Program-made: the position numbers and the translations under genes | Notes under the pieces: model-generated | Database searches by the model: none | What the model saw: the letters and a program-made list of their open reading frames with translations, nothing else | Told to the model about the DNA's origin: nothing | From: Eledone cirrhosa | Taxonomy: Eukaryota | Direction: 5' to 3' | Length of the DNA: 64,000 nucleotides | NCBI GenBank assembly: GCA_964016885.1 | Contig: OZ024741.1 | Span: forward strand, 269,204,001-269,268,000 | Shown: positions 1-13,726 of the stretch, piece by piece | Numbering within the stretch: position 1 is the first letter of the stretch | Layout of the letters: the number at the start of each line of letters is the position of its first letter

Positions 1-3000
1 CTGACATGTGTGCAAAAATGGAATCTGAGAGATTGTGTTTTATCAAACTCAATCAAAAAAAGTTGCGTTGTGACAGTTACATATACCTTCGTGATGGAAT
101 GAACAATGATGCGGATCCTGAGAGTCTTGGAAAAGTATGCATTCTGCCATCTACCTTCACGAGAAGCCCTCGATATATGCATGAAAGGACTCAGGACGCC
201 ATGACCATTGTACGACATTACGGCAGGCCAGACTTATTTATAACTTTTACTTGTAACCCCAATTGGAAGGAGATTGAGGGCGAACTCCTTCCTGGTCAGA
301 ACGCCACACGCCGACATGATCTCGCGGCTAGAGTATTCCGTCTTAAGTTACTTAAGCTTATGGATCTTATCAAAATAGGTGAGGTGTTCGAACCAGTTCA
401 CTGTGACATGTACACAATCGAATGGCAAAAAAGGGGCCTCCCCCATGCTCATATTCTTATTTGGCTGACAACAAAAGTTAGTCCTAACGACATTGACAGG
501 ATCATCTCTGCAGAATTACCCGATCCTTCCACTGACAAGGACTTGTACATGAAAGTTAGGGCACATATGGTGCATGGTCCATGTGGGCCTGGCTTTAGAA
601 CTGATTTACCATGCGTTACAGGCAATAAAAGATGCACGAAAAAATTTTCCCGTCAATTTATTCGCGATACTCAGACTGGCAATGATGGCTACCCAATATA
701 TATATACACAGGCGACGGGAAGAGGGGGGGGTGGTTACGGCAAGGGTTAAGAATGGCGAGGTTGACAACTGATGGATCATTCCCTATTGCCCACTCCTGC
801 GCAGTACTTTCAACGCACACATTAATGTTGAATTCTGCAGCTCCGTCAAGTGCATCAAATACATATGTAAGTATGTTAAGCGTTCTGACACTGCTTCGTT
901 CGGTATACTCAACGAAAACAATAGAGACGAAGTTACGCAATTCCAAGTAGGACGCTACATAAGTAGTAGCGAGGCCTTTTGGCGAATCTTCGGTTTTCCA
1001 ATACATGATAGCCACCCTTCAATTGTAAAATTAGATGTACACCTAGAACACGGTCAACGGATGTACTATACCAACAAAAATGCTGCTGAATTGGCACAGA
1101 CCCCAAGGGAGACAACTTTAACTGGATTTTTCAAACTGTGCGAATACGATGACTTCGCAAAATCATTGCTGTATCCTCAGGTGCCATCATACTACACATG
1201 GAATAAAAAAAACAAGGACTCGCAGAAAGACTGGCCAACCAGTTATTGGAGTTCCCGGGATCAAATTCACTAATTGCTTAGGACGAGTGTATACGATTCT
1301 TCCAAATCAACACGAGTGCTTCTATCTTCGAATGCTACTGCATGAGGTCAAAGGACCGACCAGTTTTCAGGACCTCAGAACTTACTGTAATCGTGTTTGG
1401 TCTACATACAGAGATCTCTGTGGAATGCTTGAAGATGACTCACGATGGGATGCAACCTTGGCGGAGATCGCTTCATCACACTCAGCTGGAAGCCTACGAG
1501 AGCTCATTGCAAAGCTTCTTCACTTATGTAACATTTGTGATCCCTACACATTATGGTTGAAGTTTCGGAACCAACTGTCTGAGGACTTCCTGCACCAGGC
1601 TCAACTACTACTTCCTGACATAGAAGTAGATTTCAGTGATGATTTATACAATAAAGGGCTTATAGACATAGAGGACAGGATTTTCCTTATGGGTGGGAAT
1701 GCCTTGCCAGCATACGGTCTGCCACAAACCCACCGCACTGATTCTATTAAAATTTCAACTCTCATCATCCAAGAAACATCTTATGATGTCGACACTCTAG
1801 CTAGATATGTGTTTGAAATGGAACCAAAATTACTTCCTGATCAGCAATTTGCATACAACCCTATCACCGACTATGTATTTTATCGATGGGGTTTCTTGAT
1901 GCCCCTGGAGGCACTGGAAAAACCTTTGTTACTAAATTTCTTCCTGCCAAAGTTAGACAGAATGAAGTTATTGCAATAGCCGTTGCATCATCCGGCATTG
2001 CAGCTACACTACATCCTGGCGGCAGGACAGCACACTCTACCTTTAAGCTTCCGCTTAACTTGGTATCAGCTGAAACACCGCTGTGACATCACCAAGGATA
2101 GTCCAAGAGCAGAACTGCTACGACGGTGCCAACTGATTGTGTGGGATGAATGCATCATGGCTCACAAAGGAGCTATTGAGGCCTTAGATAGAACACTGAA
2201 AGACATTAGAGACCGTCAGGGGACTTTCGACAAACTTTGCCGGTTATTCCAAAGGGCACCAGAGCGGATCAAGTTCGGGCCTGCCTGAAGTCTTCTCCAT
2301 TGTGGCAACAGGTAATAACACTTCGTCTAACCACTAACATGCGTGTTCAACTGCATGGCGATACTGTGTCTGAAAACTTTGCTGAAGACCTTCTCATTCT
2401 TGGCAACGGCAAAGTACCTTCAGATGTGCATGGAGACATTGCACTCGACAATATATGCTGTCTGGTTAACACTGTCGAAGATCTCAAGGCAGCCGTTTTT
2501 CCCAACTTGGCAGATAATTACCGCAATCGTACATGGCTGTGTGAGAGGGCTATATTAGCTCCTACAAATGTCACTGTCTCAGCCACTAATCGCCAAATGT
2601 TTGAAAGTCTTCCTGGAAATGATAAGACTTTTAAGTCTATTGATACCAATGTTGATCCACATGATGCGGTCAATTATCCCATTGAATTCCTCAATTCATT
2701 GGATATTCCCGGTCTACCTCAACATATTCTGTCTCTAAAGGAAGGATGTCCAGTTATACTTCTCAGGAATATAACCCCTCCCAAGCTTTACAATGGTACA
2801 CGCCTTGTTGTCAATAGGATGTCACAGCAAATTATGCTACGATTATGTCGGGGTGTGGAAAAGGAGAAGATGTTTTAATACCTATGGTAACTCTTACTAA
2901 ATCAGGAGTGGATGCACCCTATTCTTTTAAAAGAACCCAATTTCCCCTTCGTGCTGCCTTTGCTATGTCCATCAACAAGTCCCAGGGTCAGACTTTATCT

Positions 3001-4098
3001 GTGGCAGGACTTCACCTGGAGGAGCCATGTTTTTCATATGGACAATTCTACGTTGGATGTTCTCGAGTTGGCAGCCGGAACAACCTCTTTGCTTTTGCTC
3101 CAAACGGAAAAACAAAGAATATTGTATACCGTGAGGTTTTATAGGTTTTTTTTTTTGGTTCAAAACGGCAATGTTACACCGCCTGCCTTAAATATATAGC
3201 GTCTACGAAACCCGTATTCAACATCGATGCAGTGCATTCTATTGATACCTAGGCTTCTAAGGATCAGCATTGCTCGCAAATCAAAGCGGACTCTGAAATC
3301 GATGCTTTCGATTGTTAAGGACGCCCTCCAGTCGCTGACAAGTCAGGCGTTTAATACATAGACACACACAACTTGGCGCATACATACAAAGATTGTTCCC
3401 GACATTTCTTTCATTGTTTCAATATGCATTCCGACCTAGACAACACGCAACAACAGCATTGCTGGTGCATCGAAGTAAACTTTCGTCATCATTCTCAATT
3501 GCATGTGAAGATGCAATGGAAGCAGCATTTCAGCGATTCTTTTTGGTGAATATGGCTTTTGCTGCAGCTGTCCATTTCGCATGCTGTGGCTGTCTATAAT
3601 CTGCCCGTCAAACTCACCATGGGTATGATATGAGCTCTTCATAGTTTATACTTAAACATCTATGCTATTACATTGTCAATATTTTTTATCACAGGTGCGA
3701 ACCTCTTTGATGCTGCCTGCCCCCTCGACTTCGGATAACGCATTTTTCTTTTGTTTTCATGTCCATCCAATTTCTTTGTTTCAAAATAACTGATAGTTTG
3801 GTTACACTGATGTTTTTCTCTGAGACAAGTGTTGCAGTGTTTACATTTTCGATTTTTGTTAATAGATTACCAGTGCAGTTTTTGTCCCCAGCATCCTCTT
3901 TTGTTTTAACATTCGGGTTATGGTTATGTTTTCTTAACTTGATAAGGCATACTGTTGGTTGAGGGAATATTAATCAAAGGTACCACATGAAAGTCTACAC
4001 TGCAGACTCTACAGTTTTTAAACCAAGAAAGGAACTTAACATTGTAACTTTAACAAAGCTACTGAGCAGCCCCGAGCAACGCCGGGCTTTACTGCTAG
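1..4098 (+). mobile_element. Helitron (autonomous type, decayed); 5' part lies outside the window
   Basis: Frameshifted Rep-helicase ORFs. 3' terminus is a hairpin (agcagccccgagcaacgccgggctttactgct) ending in CTAG at 4095-4098, followed by T. Confidence 0.9.
6..3144 (+). pseudogene. Helitron Rep(HUH)/Pif1-helicase pseudogene split by several frameshifts
   Basis: Rep motifs PDLFITFTCNPNW and IEWQKRGLPHAHILI. Pif1 motifs DAPGGTGKT, VASSGIAA, IVWDE, NGTRL, FAMSINKSQGQTL and GQFYVGCSRV, spread over ORFs in different frames. Confidence 0.92.
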
Positions 4099-4210
4099 TA
4101 TATATCTGAATAAAATCAGAATTTGATTTTTCGCTCTAACATAGCAGATTACATAAATGTAAGTATGGGTTATATCAAATAATAATAATAACAATAATAA
4201 TAATAATAAT

Positions 4211-5898
4211 GATTTCATTTATTAGCCACCCGGGCCGACATGTAGGGGGACAATACAAAGACAGGGACAGTGGGGCTTTACAATAAGGTGGAGTAAAAGT
4301 GCACAATGGCAAGACTAATTTAACAATGAAAATATAAAAATATAAAATAAACTATGCATAAATATAACAAAATAAATTCCCCGATAGGGGGTGTACGACC
4401 CTGGGGTGCTTCAGGTACCCCACCAATCCTGAACCACCCTGCGTTTCTAGGGCACCCAGGGAGAGCACCCCTCTCCTCAAGTTAGCTAGCCTATAGGCGC
4501 ATGGTCAGAGTAGGCCCATTCACACGAGCCATTCTCGCCACATTCTCCCACCTTTTAGCAAATGTACTGGGGGGCAGCACTTCTCTCTCCACCCTCACCT
4601 TCCTTTCCAGGTGAAACTTGAAGAAGTTGATGATGGATTGGCCGAAGAGAAAAGTGTCTGTCTTTAGTCCTTTCAACCTGGTCCACCATATAATCACTTT
4701 CGCAACTGCCACCAGACAGGAAAATTTCCTGCTCTTCCTGACCTAAGGAAGGCGGTGGATCGATCTTCACTATGGACTCGGCCGATAGCCGGATTCGTTC
4801 CACACGCGACAATAGCTGTTCGACATAACTCCACAAGTCAGTAATGCACGGACACTGGACGAGTGCGTGCAGAACGGTTTCGTCGCTCTGCGCGCATCTC
4901 GGGCAGGTCCGTCTGACAGCACTTCCGTGCCTGTAGAGTTTATCTCGAACCGGCAGTGCCCCCCGGTAGCACTGCCAAGCGAGGGATTTTTGGAAATTAT
5001 CCATCGTCCCCGGCTCGAAAGTCTTCCGGTACAGACTGGTTAGTTCGACTTCGTTGACTCCCAGAGCCTCTCCGAGTGCGTCGTCGCACTTGCCACCACT
5101 AATCCTCAATAGAACTCGACAGTGGAAGTTCCACTGACCGCATTGCCCGCCTGTAGAGGGCAGTGAGTGCCTGGCAACATTCCAGGTGCCAGTCACCCAG
5201 TCTCGGTCTCTTCTTGACCTAGGACTGCAGCTCAGTCAAAGAAACGAGCTGCGGAAAGGCTCGTCTGACAAACGGCAACCAGACCTGTTCACCGTTTAGG
5301 CAGAATATCTGGAGATGCCGCAGCCTCAGCGCGTGCCTGCGCATCATTAGCCACGGCATGGCCAGCCCTCCACGTAGAGAGTGCTGGCAGCAGATGGACC
5401 GCATCACCAGCGGAACCTGACCGCTCCACAAGAATTTGAAGAGGAGCCGCTCCAAGATGGCAAGGTGCGAACGGAGGCAAGGGACGACGGTCAGACGGTA
5501 GTAGATGACGGACGCGATGTACGCATTCGCCACCTCCGCCCGACCTTTCAGTGATAGCTTCATCCCAGCCCATTTCTGGGTGAGACTGACTACCCTGCCC
5601 GACACCTCGCCCCAATTCTTATCCACCTGGAGGTCTGGCCCGAACCAAACCCCTAGCAACTTTACCGGTCCGTCCGTCCAGCGCCTAACGACGCTGTTGG
5701 ACGGCATGGACTTGCCTCTCCAGGTGCCGAGTTGCAAGCCTACTGACTTTTGCGGGTTAAGTTTAGCTCCCGTCAACCTTTCATATTCCTCCAATAAGTT
5801 GCCGACCACCTCGATTTCTGAGGTGTCCGACACCATCACGGTGATGTCGTCCGCATAAGCCGACACGGCCTTTCCGCGTCCCGGTTCGAGCAGGATGC
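4211..5898 (-). mobile_element. Tx1/L1-clade LINE, 5'-truncated (RT C-terminal half, zf-RVT, 3' UTR)
   Basis: AYADD, LLGVWFG and CPRC..ETVLHALVQC motifs in ORFs 5219-5866 and 4555-5196. Ends in an (ATT)n tail at ~4180-4210. Confidence 0.88.
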
Positions 5899-5910
5899 AA
5901 TAATAATAAT

Positions 5911-8900
5911 GATTTCTTTATTGGCCACAAGGGCTGACATCAAGAAAAACATTACAGACGGCACAGGACGGTACAGGACGATACGATGTGGGTTTTGTGC
6001 GTGTAAATATTTTTATTATGTATATAAGAAAAGAAAAAAAAGGACATAGAATCATATATATATAAACAATAAAATGAAAATTGAAACAATGAAAAATTCC
6101 CCAAAAGGGGGGAAACCTCCGAGGGTTACTCGTGGCGAAAACCACACAAAAGACCACGGCCACCCTGACCACCAGGGCAAGCGCCCTCTCTCAATTTTTC
6201 CATCTCTCAAACTACAGACGTATATTCAGACCGTTCACTCGGACCATTCTCGCTACATTCACCCACCTTTCAACAAACTTGCTAGAAGGCAGCACTTGCC
6301 TCTCCACCCTGATTTTCCTCTTCAAGTGAAACTTGAAAAAGTTAATTAGGGATTCGCCGAAGAGGAAAGTATCTGTCTTTAACCCATTCAACCTTGTCCA
6401 CCACACAATCTCTTTCGCCATGGCCACCAGGCAGATGAAAACCGCCTGCCCTTCCTTCTCGAAGGAAGACGGCGAGACCATCTGCACAATGGACTCAGTC
6501 GACAACCGGATCAGTCCCACACGCGACAGCAACTGTTCGACATAGCTCCATAAGTCAGTAATGCTCGGGCACCGAACGAGTGAGTGCACAACGGTTTCGT
6601 CGCTCTGCGCGCATCTCGGACAGGCTCGTCTGACGGCACTTCCGCGCCTGTAGAGCTTATCTCGATCGGCAGCGCTCCCCGGTAGCACTGCCAGGTCAGG
6701 GATTTTTGGAAGTTATCCATAGGCCCTGGGCTGAAAGTTCTCCGGAAGAGAGCAAACAGCTGATCTTCTTCGACGCCCAGGATCTCTCCGAGAATGTCGT
6801 CGCTCTTCCCCTCCACCAGTCCTCTATAGAACGCCGAGGTGGATGTTCCACCGATACTGGTGCCCAGCTGGGAGAAGGCAGTGAGTGCCTGGAGACATTC
6901 CAGTTTCCAAGCGCTATCACTCGGTCTTTTCCTGACCCAGGACTGCAGCTCCGTCAAGGAGACGAGCTGTGGGAAAACGTGCCTGTAGAACGGCGACCAC
7001 ACACCCGTTCACCATCAAGGAAGCACCAGAGATGTCGCAGCCTCAGCGCATGTTTGCGTATCATCAGCCATGGCATGCCCAGTCCTCCACGGACTGACCA
7101 TGGGAGCGCGTCCTTTCCACAAAAAGCGGAAGAGGGGGCGCTCCGTTTTGGTGAGAGTTGGGCTGGAGCAAGGGACGACGGTGAGGCGGTAGCAGATGAT
7201 GGATGCGATGTACGCATTCGCCACCTCCGCCCGGCCTTTCAGGGACAGCTTCCTCTCGGCTCATTTCTGGGTGAGGGAGGCCACCCTGATCGTCACCTCG
7301 TTCCAGTTTTTCTCCATCTGGAGGTCCTGACCCAACCAGACCCCAAGCAATTTAACCGGTCCGTCCGTCCAACGCCCTACGACGCTGTCGGACGGCATGG
7401 ACTTGCCTCTCCAGGTGCCCAGCTGCAAGCACACCGACTTTTCCTGGTTTTTCTTTGCTCCTGTCACCGCTTCGTATTCCTTGAGAGCGGTGCCGAGCAT
7501 CTGGACGTGTCTGGTGTCGACACCAGCAAGGTGACGTCGTCGGATTTCCCGCATCCTAGTTGGCGTGGGACGCCCCTCATCGCCCCCAGTTTGTGCAGTA
7601 ACGGCTCGAGAGCCAATACGTACAAGAGGGACGAGAGGGGACAACCCTGGCGGACCGAGCGCATGATGCTGAACGGCTGCGACAGGTGGCCGTTCACCCT
7701 CACAACTGAGCAGATGTTGCTGTATATCGCAGCGATCCAACCCCTGAAAACGGGGTCGAAACCGGCCGCCTCGAGGACCGCCGCCAGGTACCGATGGTCG
7801 ACCCTATCGAATGCTTTGGATTGATCCAAGTTGATCAGGGCCCCACCCATGCCAGGTTCCTTAACCACCCTCTGTATGATCTATCGCATGAGGTGGAGGT
7901 TGTCGTGTATGGATCTGTCCGGAATGGCGCATGTCTGCGCCTCTCCCACAAGACCCTTGACGACAAGCGCCAACATCGTTGCTAACCCCTTGGCCAAAAT
8001 CTTGAACTCTGCGTTTAGCAGGGTTATGGGCCTGAAGTTATCGATAACATCCCCTTTGTTCGGGTCTATTCTCAGCAGCGCCACCACTACCCGGCTCACA
8101 AAACTGGGAATGCTCCCGTTCTGCTGCCAGTTGCAGTAGACATCTGCCAAGAGGTCACCGAAGAAGTTTGGCATAAATGAATAAAGCTCGTAGGGCAGAC
8201 CATCCAAACCTGGCGATTTACCCCTCGTGCAGTTAGCCATCGCTTCCCGTATTTCACGGGCTGTTATTGGCTTTTCGCAACACTGTGCTGCGGTCGTCGA
8301 GAGTCGAAGCAGTCTTTCGAGGTATGCACTGAAGTCCATACCCCGAACCGGCCCGCCGCTGCTCCCGAACGGTTCAGCAAAGTGCTGCTGAAAAGCTTCA
8401 CACATCTACTCGGGTTCGAACAACACGCGCCCGTTTTGGTCAGATAAAGACCGAATTGTGGCTCTGTTGCCACGTCGCGCCTCTGTCACCCGGGCCCATT
8501 GGACGGCTTTTGTCCCCTCGTGTTTCAGAGCACGCGCTCTAGCTCTGACAACGCAGCCTTCGTGTTATGCGTTGAAGAATTGGTCGAGTGCCAATCTCGC
8601 CGCAAGCACGTCGTTTGCGATGCCTGTCTTAAACGCCCCTTCTAGCTTTCTGATTAGCTCTCCCTCTACTCTATTTTCCTCTATCACTAGTCCTTTGCTA
8701 AACCTAATCGACTCTACTTTAATAGCCCTTTTCAGGGCAAACCACCACCTGTTGTTGATGACTGATCCCGTCAACGCTCGCTTAACTAATACGCTAATCC
8801 GGTCTCTGTATGCTTTGCGCGCCGGGAAAGACACGTTCAGCCTCCAGTAACTGGGTCCTTGTCTATGAAGTCTGTCTATGTCGATTTCACAGATCACAAA

Positions 8901-11210
8901 TTTGTGATCTGTGTAGTCGACTATTTTAAATTGTGGACAACTTATACTAGCCTTATCTAGTTCTCTGCAGAATACCCTATCTAAATACGATCTGGATGAC
9001 CCGATGCGGTTTGTCCATGTCCACATTGGGGAATTTCATTTTAATGTTTGTGTATTGTTTCTGAGATATTCTTACCAGTCTTATGTTCGTTGGTGTTTTG
9101 ATTGGTGCTGGTATTATGTAGTCGTGATGTGAAATGTCTGTGTGTTCAATTATTGAAGTCATTAGTTTCTTGTGTGTATTTATTGCTGTGCATTTCTTTT
9201 TCTTTTTCTGTTCTGCTATTTTCTTGTCATTGTTGCTGGGTGTGTGTGTTTTGTTGTTGTATTTGCGATGTTGGTGCTTGTAGTTGTGTTGTTGAAGGTG
9301 TTGTTGTTGGCGGTGGGGTTGCCGCCGGTGGTCATGGTAGTGCTAGTGTGGGTGGTGATGGTGTTGGTGGTGTTGCTGCTGTAAGTCTCTTTGCAGTAGC
9401 CTTCACCCTTTTTTCATCTCTTCCCTCCCTTTTCGAAGGTGACGATGCGCTGCTTCTGCGTTTGTGCCTTCTTGCGACCTTTTGCCATCCCTCTCCCACC
9501 TCACACTCCATGTCCGATTCTGTGAGGTCGGGGAGGGGTACCAGCTCCACACTTTCACTTGTTCTTGTTGGTGGTGGTTGCAGTGGAGTCTCTGTTGCAG
9601 CTGCAGTTGGTATTACTGTTGTTGTTGTTAATACTTCCACTGCTGCTGCTGTTCTTGATTTCCGTGGCGTGGGTATGGGTGCCACGAACCTATCCTTCCT
9701 GCTTGCCGCCTGTCCTGTTGCTGGTAGCAGTGGAGCCGGTTTCGGAAGGAGGGGGTTTTCTCCTTTCTCAGGGTCTTCTCATTGCAGAAGGCCCTGAGGT
9801 GAGTCTTCGACCCACAGCGAAAGCATTTCGGGCGTTTGACCTCAACACTTATAGGAAGTTGAGTCCCTTTATCGAAGTCTATCACATCCGGGATAGCTTC
9901 GATGCACTCCTGGTTGGTTTGAATTAACATCTTAATGGAGGCGCCGACCCAATCTTCTCGTATTTTTTCTGTACTTGCAGTACGGTTGTTTTGTCCTCGA
10001 TTCTGATGAGGACAGACGCGGCCAGCCAAGATGGGGCCATTCCGGGGGGAACTTGGGTCAGTTTGACCCTCACAATTTTTTCCCGCAGTAGGAGGGCACC
10101 AACACCATTTCCTCGCTCCTTAGGGTTTCCAAGGATTGAGCCTTTGCCTCTTGGGATGTGGCAAAAAGCACGCCTGCGGTGGCATATTTCTTGCCTCGGT
10201 TGATATGCGTTTTCTGCTGCCACACAGACCCTAAGGCTTTTTGTATTTGAGCTTCTGTGGCTCTTTCAACCCTACGTGTTTTTGTGCTTACTGTACGGTA
10301 CGTGACCGTACAGTGCTGTTGGGTTTCGAAAAATGTTTCGGCTGCCTTGCAGATTGCTCGGTGTCCGGTTTTCGTCACCATCTTCCTTGCTTCCTGTAAT
10401 TCCTCATTTGTTATAAGGATGGTTTCTAGGTTCTTTGCGATACCTGCAAACGAGATTGTTTTTTCTTTCTTGTTGTTGTTGTCGTCAGAGCTGTTGTTAC
10501 TTTTGTTGTTGCTGCTGATACTACGACCGCCGCCGCCGCTGTTGCTGTTGTTGTTGTTGTTGCTGTTGCTGCTGCTGCTGTTGTTGCTGCTGTTGCTGCT
10601 GTTGTTGTTTATGCTGCTGCTGATGTTGTTGCGGCTGCTACTAGTATTTTCCTCGCCACTGTTGCTGCTGCTGGTGTTATTACGGTTGCTGCTGCTATTC
10701 TGCAGGACGTCAGACGAATGAGATGGCTTTCCGTATTTTCCGTACACATCTTTCGTCGTCGTCGTCGTGGAGAAATGTTCCACGATACGCGCATTCTCTT
10801 GATGAAGAACGCTACGAGAAACTACATTTTTATTTTTCTTTAATGACGTCGCTTGAGAAAGAGGCGACAGAGGCGACACCACATTTAGAGAAGGGAGGGA
10901 GAGAGACAATCTTTTCTCTGACGTAATGACGATTGGGGATGAAGAAGACGGAAGGAGTGGGAGTGACTTGTGAAAATTCTTTTTTGTAGCCATGTTTTTG
11001 TTTACGGTTTAAAATGAATATTGGGCACAAATCCTCAATAACTGGTTATTTAACCCTGAAGGGCCAAATAACGGGCAGAAAGACCCCTCTCACGAGGAGG
11101 AGGGTGTCTTTATCTACAATTTGGTTCAAGTTTTAAACAATTTACAATTGTTATAACGGTTAAAAATTACAGTCCCTTACAGAGTCGAGCCTCCGTCAAC
11201 CATGGCATTC
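5911..11210 (-). mobile_element. Tx1/L1-clade LINE, near full length, frameshifted, lacking most of the endonuclease
   Basis: ORF1 remnants at 9332-10993 with zinc knuckle CFRCGSKTHLRAFC. APE C-terminus (WTWTN..SYLDRVF..YTDH) at ~9030. RT motifs KSPGLDGLP, NFRPITLLN, DQSKAFDRVDH and RQGCPLS, then zf-RVT and an (ATT)n tail at ~5899-5910. Confidence 0.85.
9332..10993 (-). pseudogene. LINE ORF1 (gag-like, CCHC knuckle), frameshifted, with Asn/Ser-rich low-complexity N-terminal region
   Basis: Consecutive minus-strand ORFs 10070-10993, 9924-10223, 9628-10029 and 9332-9685 lie upstream of ORF2. CX2CX4HX4C motif present. Confidence 0.65.
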
Positions 11211-11221
11211 AATAATAATAA

Positions 11222-11410
11222 TTATTATTATTTCTACTTTTGGCACAAGGCCAGCAATTATCCAGTGTATTACTGGTACTTTATTTTATCAACCCCGTAA
11301 GGATGAAAGGCAAAGTTAACCTCGGCGGGATTTGAACTCAGAATGGCAAGGGCCGTAACTCAATGCGTCAAAGCATGGCGTCCGACCCTCTACCGATACT
11401 GCCAATCCAA
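11222..11410 (-). mobile_element. tRNA-derived SINE family A (core ctttcatccttacggggtcgataaaataaagtaccag)
   Basis: Minus strand has A-box-like tggcagtatcggtag and B-box gagttcaaatccc, and ends ...ccttgtgccaaaagtagaaa(taa)n. About 10 copies in the window. Confidence 0.8.
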
Positions 11411-11464
11411 TAATAATAATAATAATAATGATAACAACAACAACAACAATAATAATAATACTAA

Positions 11465-11585
11465 TAATGCTTTCTTTATTAACCACAAGGCTTTACATGA
11501 AGTAGACATTAAGGACAGTACAGGACAATACAGGACGGTACAAATGGGCATTTCTGCGTGTAAAAAACAAAAAAAGAGGATGTTA
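11465..11585 (-). mobile_element. 3'-terminal fragment of the Tx1-like LINE
   Basis: tttctttattaaccacaagg...caggacggtaca matches the 3' UTR at 5911-6005. Confidence 0.6.
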
Positions 11586-11587
11586 TT

Positions 11588-11680
11588 AATAATTGTTTCT
11601 ACTTTAGGCACAAGGGCCGTAACTCTATACGTCAAAGCATGGCGTCCGACCCTCTACCGATACTGCCAATTCACCGCCTT
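11588..11680 (-). mobile_element. SINE family A, internally deleted
   Basis: Head and tail match 11222-11410; the middle is missing. Confidence 0.7.
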
Positions 11681-12039
11681 TGCGTGTAATAATAATAATA
11701 ATAATAATATATATATTCTTATATAACACATAATATTAATACCAAACACAAATATGGTGGAATTATTTGTCATAAACAATTCAATACTTACATATGCCTG
11801 GTAAAATAGGCTAGCTTGGTTCTCCAATGTAATTTGGTGATTGAGATTATCGCGATCATTGTTGTTCACTACAACATTAAGGAATTTCTTTTTAAAGAAG
11901 AAAAATAATTAAAAAAAGAGTTTATCTTTACTGGTTACTGTAACATAAATATAACATCAATTGATTCTTCTATATCTCTTTTTTATCTCCATTCTCTCAC
12001 TATCTCTCCATTTAGGTCTGAATGAAACTTAATGAAGTT

Positions 12040-12340
12040 CTTAGGTGTTATCCAATCATCTTGCATGGGGTCTACATATATATCTCCTGCCGGTTGGTTT
12101 TGTCCGTAAAATCAGTCCAGTGATTCTTTTCTGAGACATTCTAACCCCATGGCCATAATAACGGAGCTGTGATTTCTCAATTCGGAGAAGTAGTGGCTCT
12201 ACCCGGAGTGACTCTCTGATATCCGAGCTACACCATTTATCGAGTAACGTTACTCCAAAGACCCTTCGGAGGAATCCCATTTCGGTCGCTTGTATTCGCG
12301 ATCGTATTCTTTCGGTCATTACCCAAGATTCATGACCAAT
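12040..12340 (-). mobile_element. RTE-clade LINE 3' fragment
   Basis: IQATEMGFLRRVFGVTLLDK...QLRYYGH..RM...KPTGRR. Homologous to 33985-34402 and 40350-40940. Confidence 0.8.
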
Positions 12341-12745
12341 GTGAACGCTGATTCACAAATGTAGACATCAACGTATGTATATTGCCGTACATATATAAGT
12401 GTGGATACGTATTTGCAGATAATATCGGGAATTTCAGTATATGAATAACACAGAAAAACAGAGAAAGATTTTAGTACAATCTTCCGTTTAATCTAGTAGT
12501 ATCCATTCCAATAACCAATATTTTCCTCAAATTACCTAAGAAACACTTTATCCGTGACGTAAGTGCAAGAAATTATTTAATAGAATCAGCGATAGAATAT
12601 TTTATTTTGGTATGATATGGTGCCGTAACTCCTGGGGAAATCGTGAGGACACCATATTGACATACAACGTTTCTATGGCATTTTTTAACCTAGCGGAGCC
12701 CATCTCCTTTCTAAATCTGAATACAGCAGATTTATTCCGGAAAAG

Positions 12746-12998
12746 GAGAGAGGGAGTGGTGAAATAGGGAGAGAGATAGGGAGAGGGAGAGAAAGAGAGA
12801 GAGAGATAGGGAGAGAGTGAGGGAAAGAAATAGATAGAGAGGGAGGGAGAGAGATAGAGAGAGAGGGAGAGAGAGATAGAGAGAGATAGGGAGAGAGAGA
12901 GGGGGTGAAGAGGGAGAGATAGAGAGAGAGGCAGGGGAGAGGGAGAGAGAGACATTAAGAGAGAGAGAGCGAGAGAAAGAGAGAGAGAGAGAGAGAGC
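12746..12998. repeat. (GA)-rich polypurine microsatellite
   Basis: Direct inspection. Confidence 0.9.
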
Positions 12999-13197
12999 AA
13001 ATAACTCAAGGTATCTTGTCCGACACTTTAGCAATTCCATGAAACCATCGCCCTGAGGCTAGCTGGGGGCTAAAAATAACAACAACAACCACAACAACAA
13101 CAGAAGCAGTTGCAAGAACAACTGTAACAGCAAAAAATAAAATAAAATAAAATAAACAAGAAAAACAACAACAACAACAACAGCAAGTATGTAATAA

Positions 13198-13390
13198 TAA
13201 TAATTGTTTCTACTTTTAGCACAAGGCCAGCAATTACCCAGTACATTACTGGTACTTTATTTTATCGACCCCGTAAGGATGAAAGGCATAGTTAACCTCG
13301 GCGGGATTTGAACTTAGATCATAAAGGGCCGTAACTCTTTGCTGAAAAGCATGGCGTCCGACCCTCTACCGATACTGCCAATCCACAATA
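13198..13390 (-). mobile_element. SINE family A
   Basis: Full-length match to 11222-11410. Confidence 0.8.
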
Positions 13391-13394
13391 ATAA

Positions 13395-13720
13395 AATTAT
13401 TGTGTACAGTGCTCAGGTGCACTACAACTCACCAAAGGTGCATGTATAGTACATAGATTAATGAACAAATGTCAGGAAAATGAACAGTGTACGAGTCATG
13501 AAATACATGTGTATGTGTGGAGGGGAGGGGGGACATGAGGTGTAGTGTTGGCGAACCTCAGGAAGCTTGGAGGTTTTAAAGGATGCAATGTCTCAACAGC
13601 TAACAATTGATGCAGGTAGTTTGTTCCATGGGGGTATTAAAGGATGCAGTGTCTCGACACTAAACATCTGATGCAGGTAGTTTGTTCCATGCTTCAGCAA
13701 CTCTGAGCGTGAAAGAAAAT
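13395..13720 (-). mobile_element. CR1/L2-type LINE 3' fragment
   Basis: Minus strand reads FTLRVAEAWNKLPAS, a typical CR1 ORF2 C-terminus. Short internal duplication at 13577-13690. Confidence 0.6.
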
Positions 13721-13726
13721 GTAAAA

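Noticed and set aside
6706-7824. 372-aa plus-strand ORF
   Set aside because: Antisense shadow of GC-rich LINE ORF2 with no recognisable domain.
10257-10721. Poly-Leu signal/membrane-like ORF
   Set aside because: Antisense reading of (AAC/AGC)n repeats in LINE ORF1.
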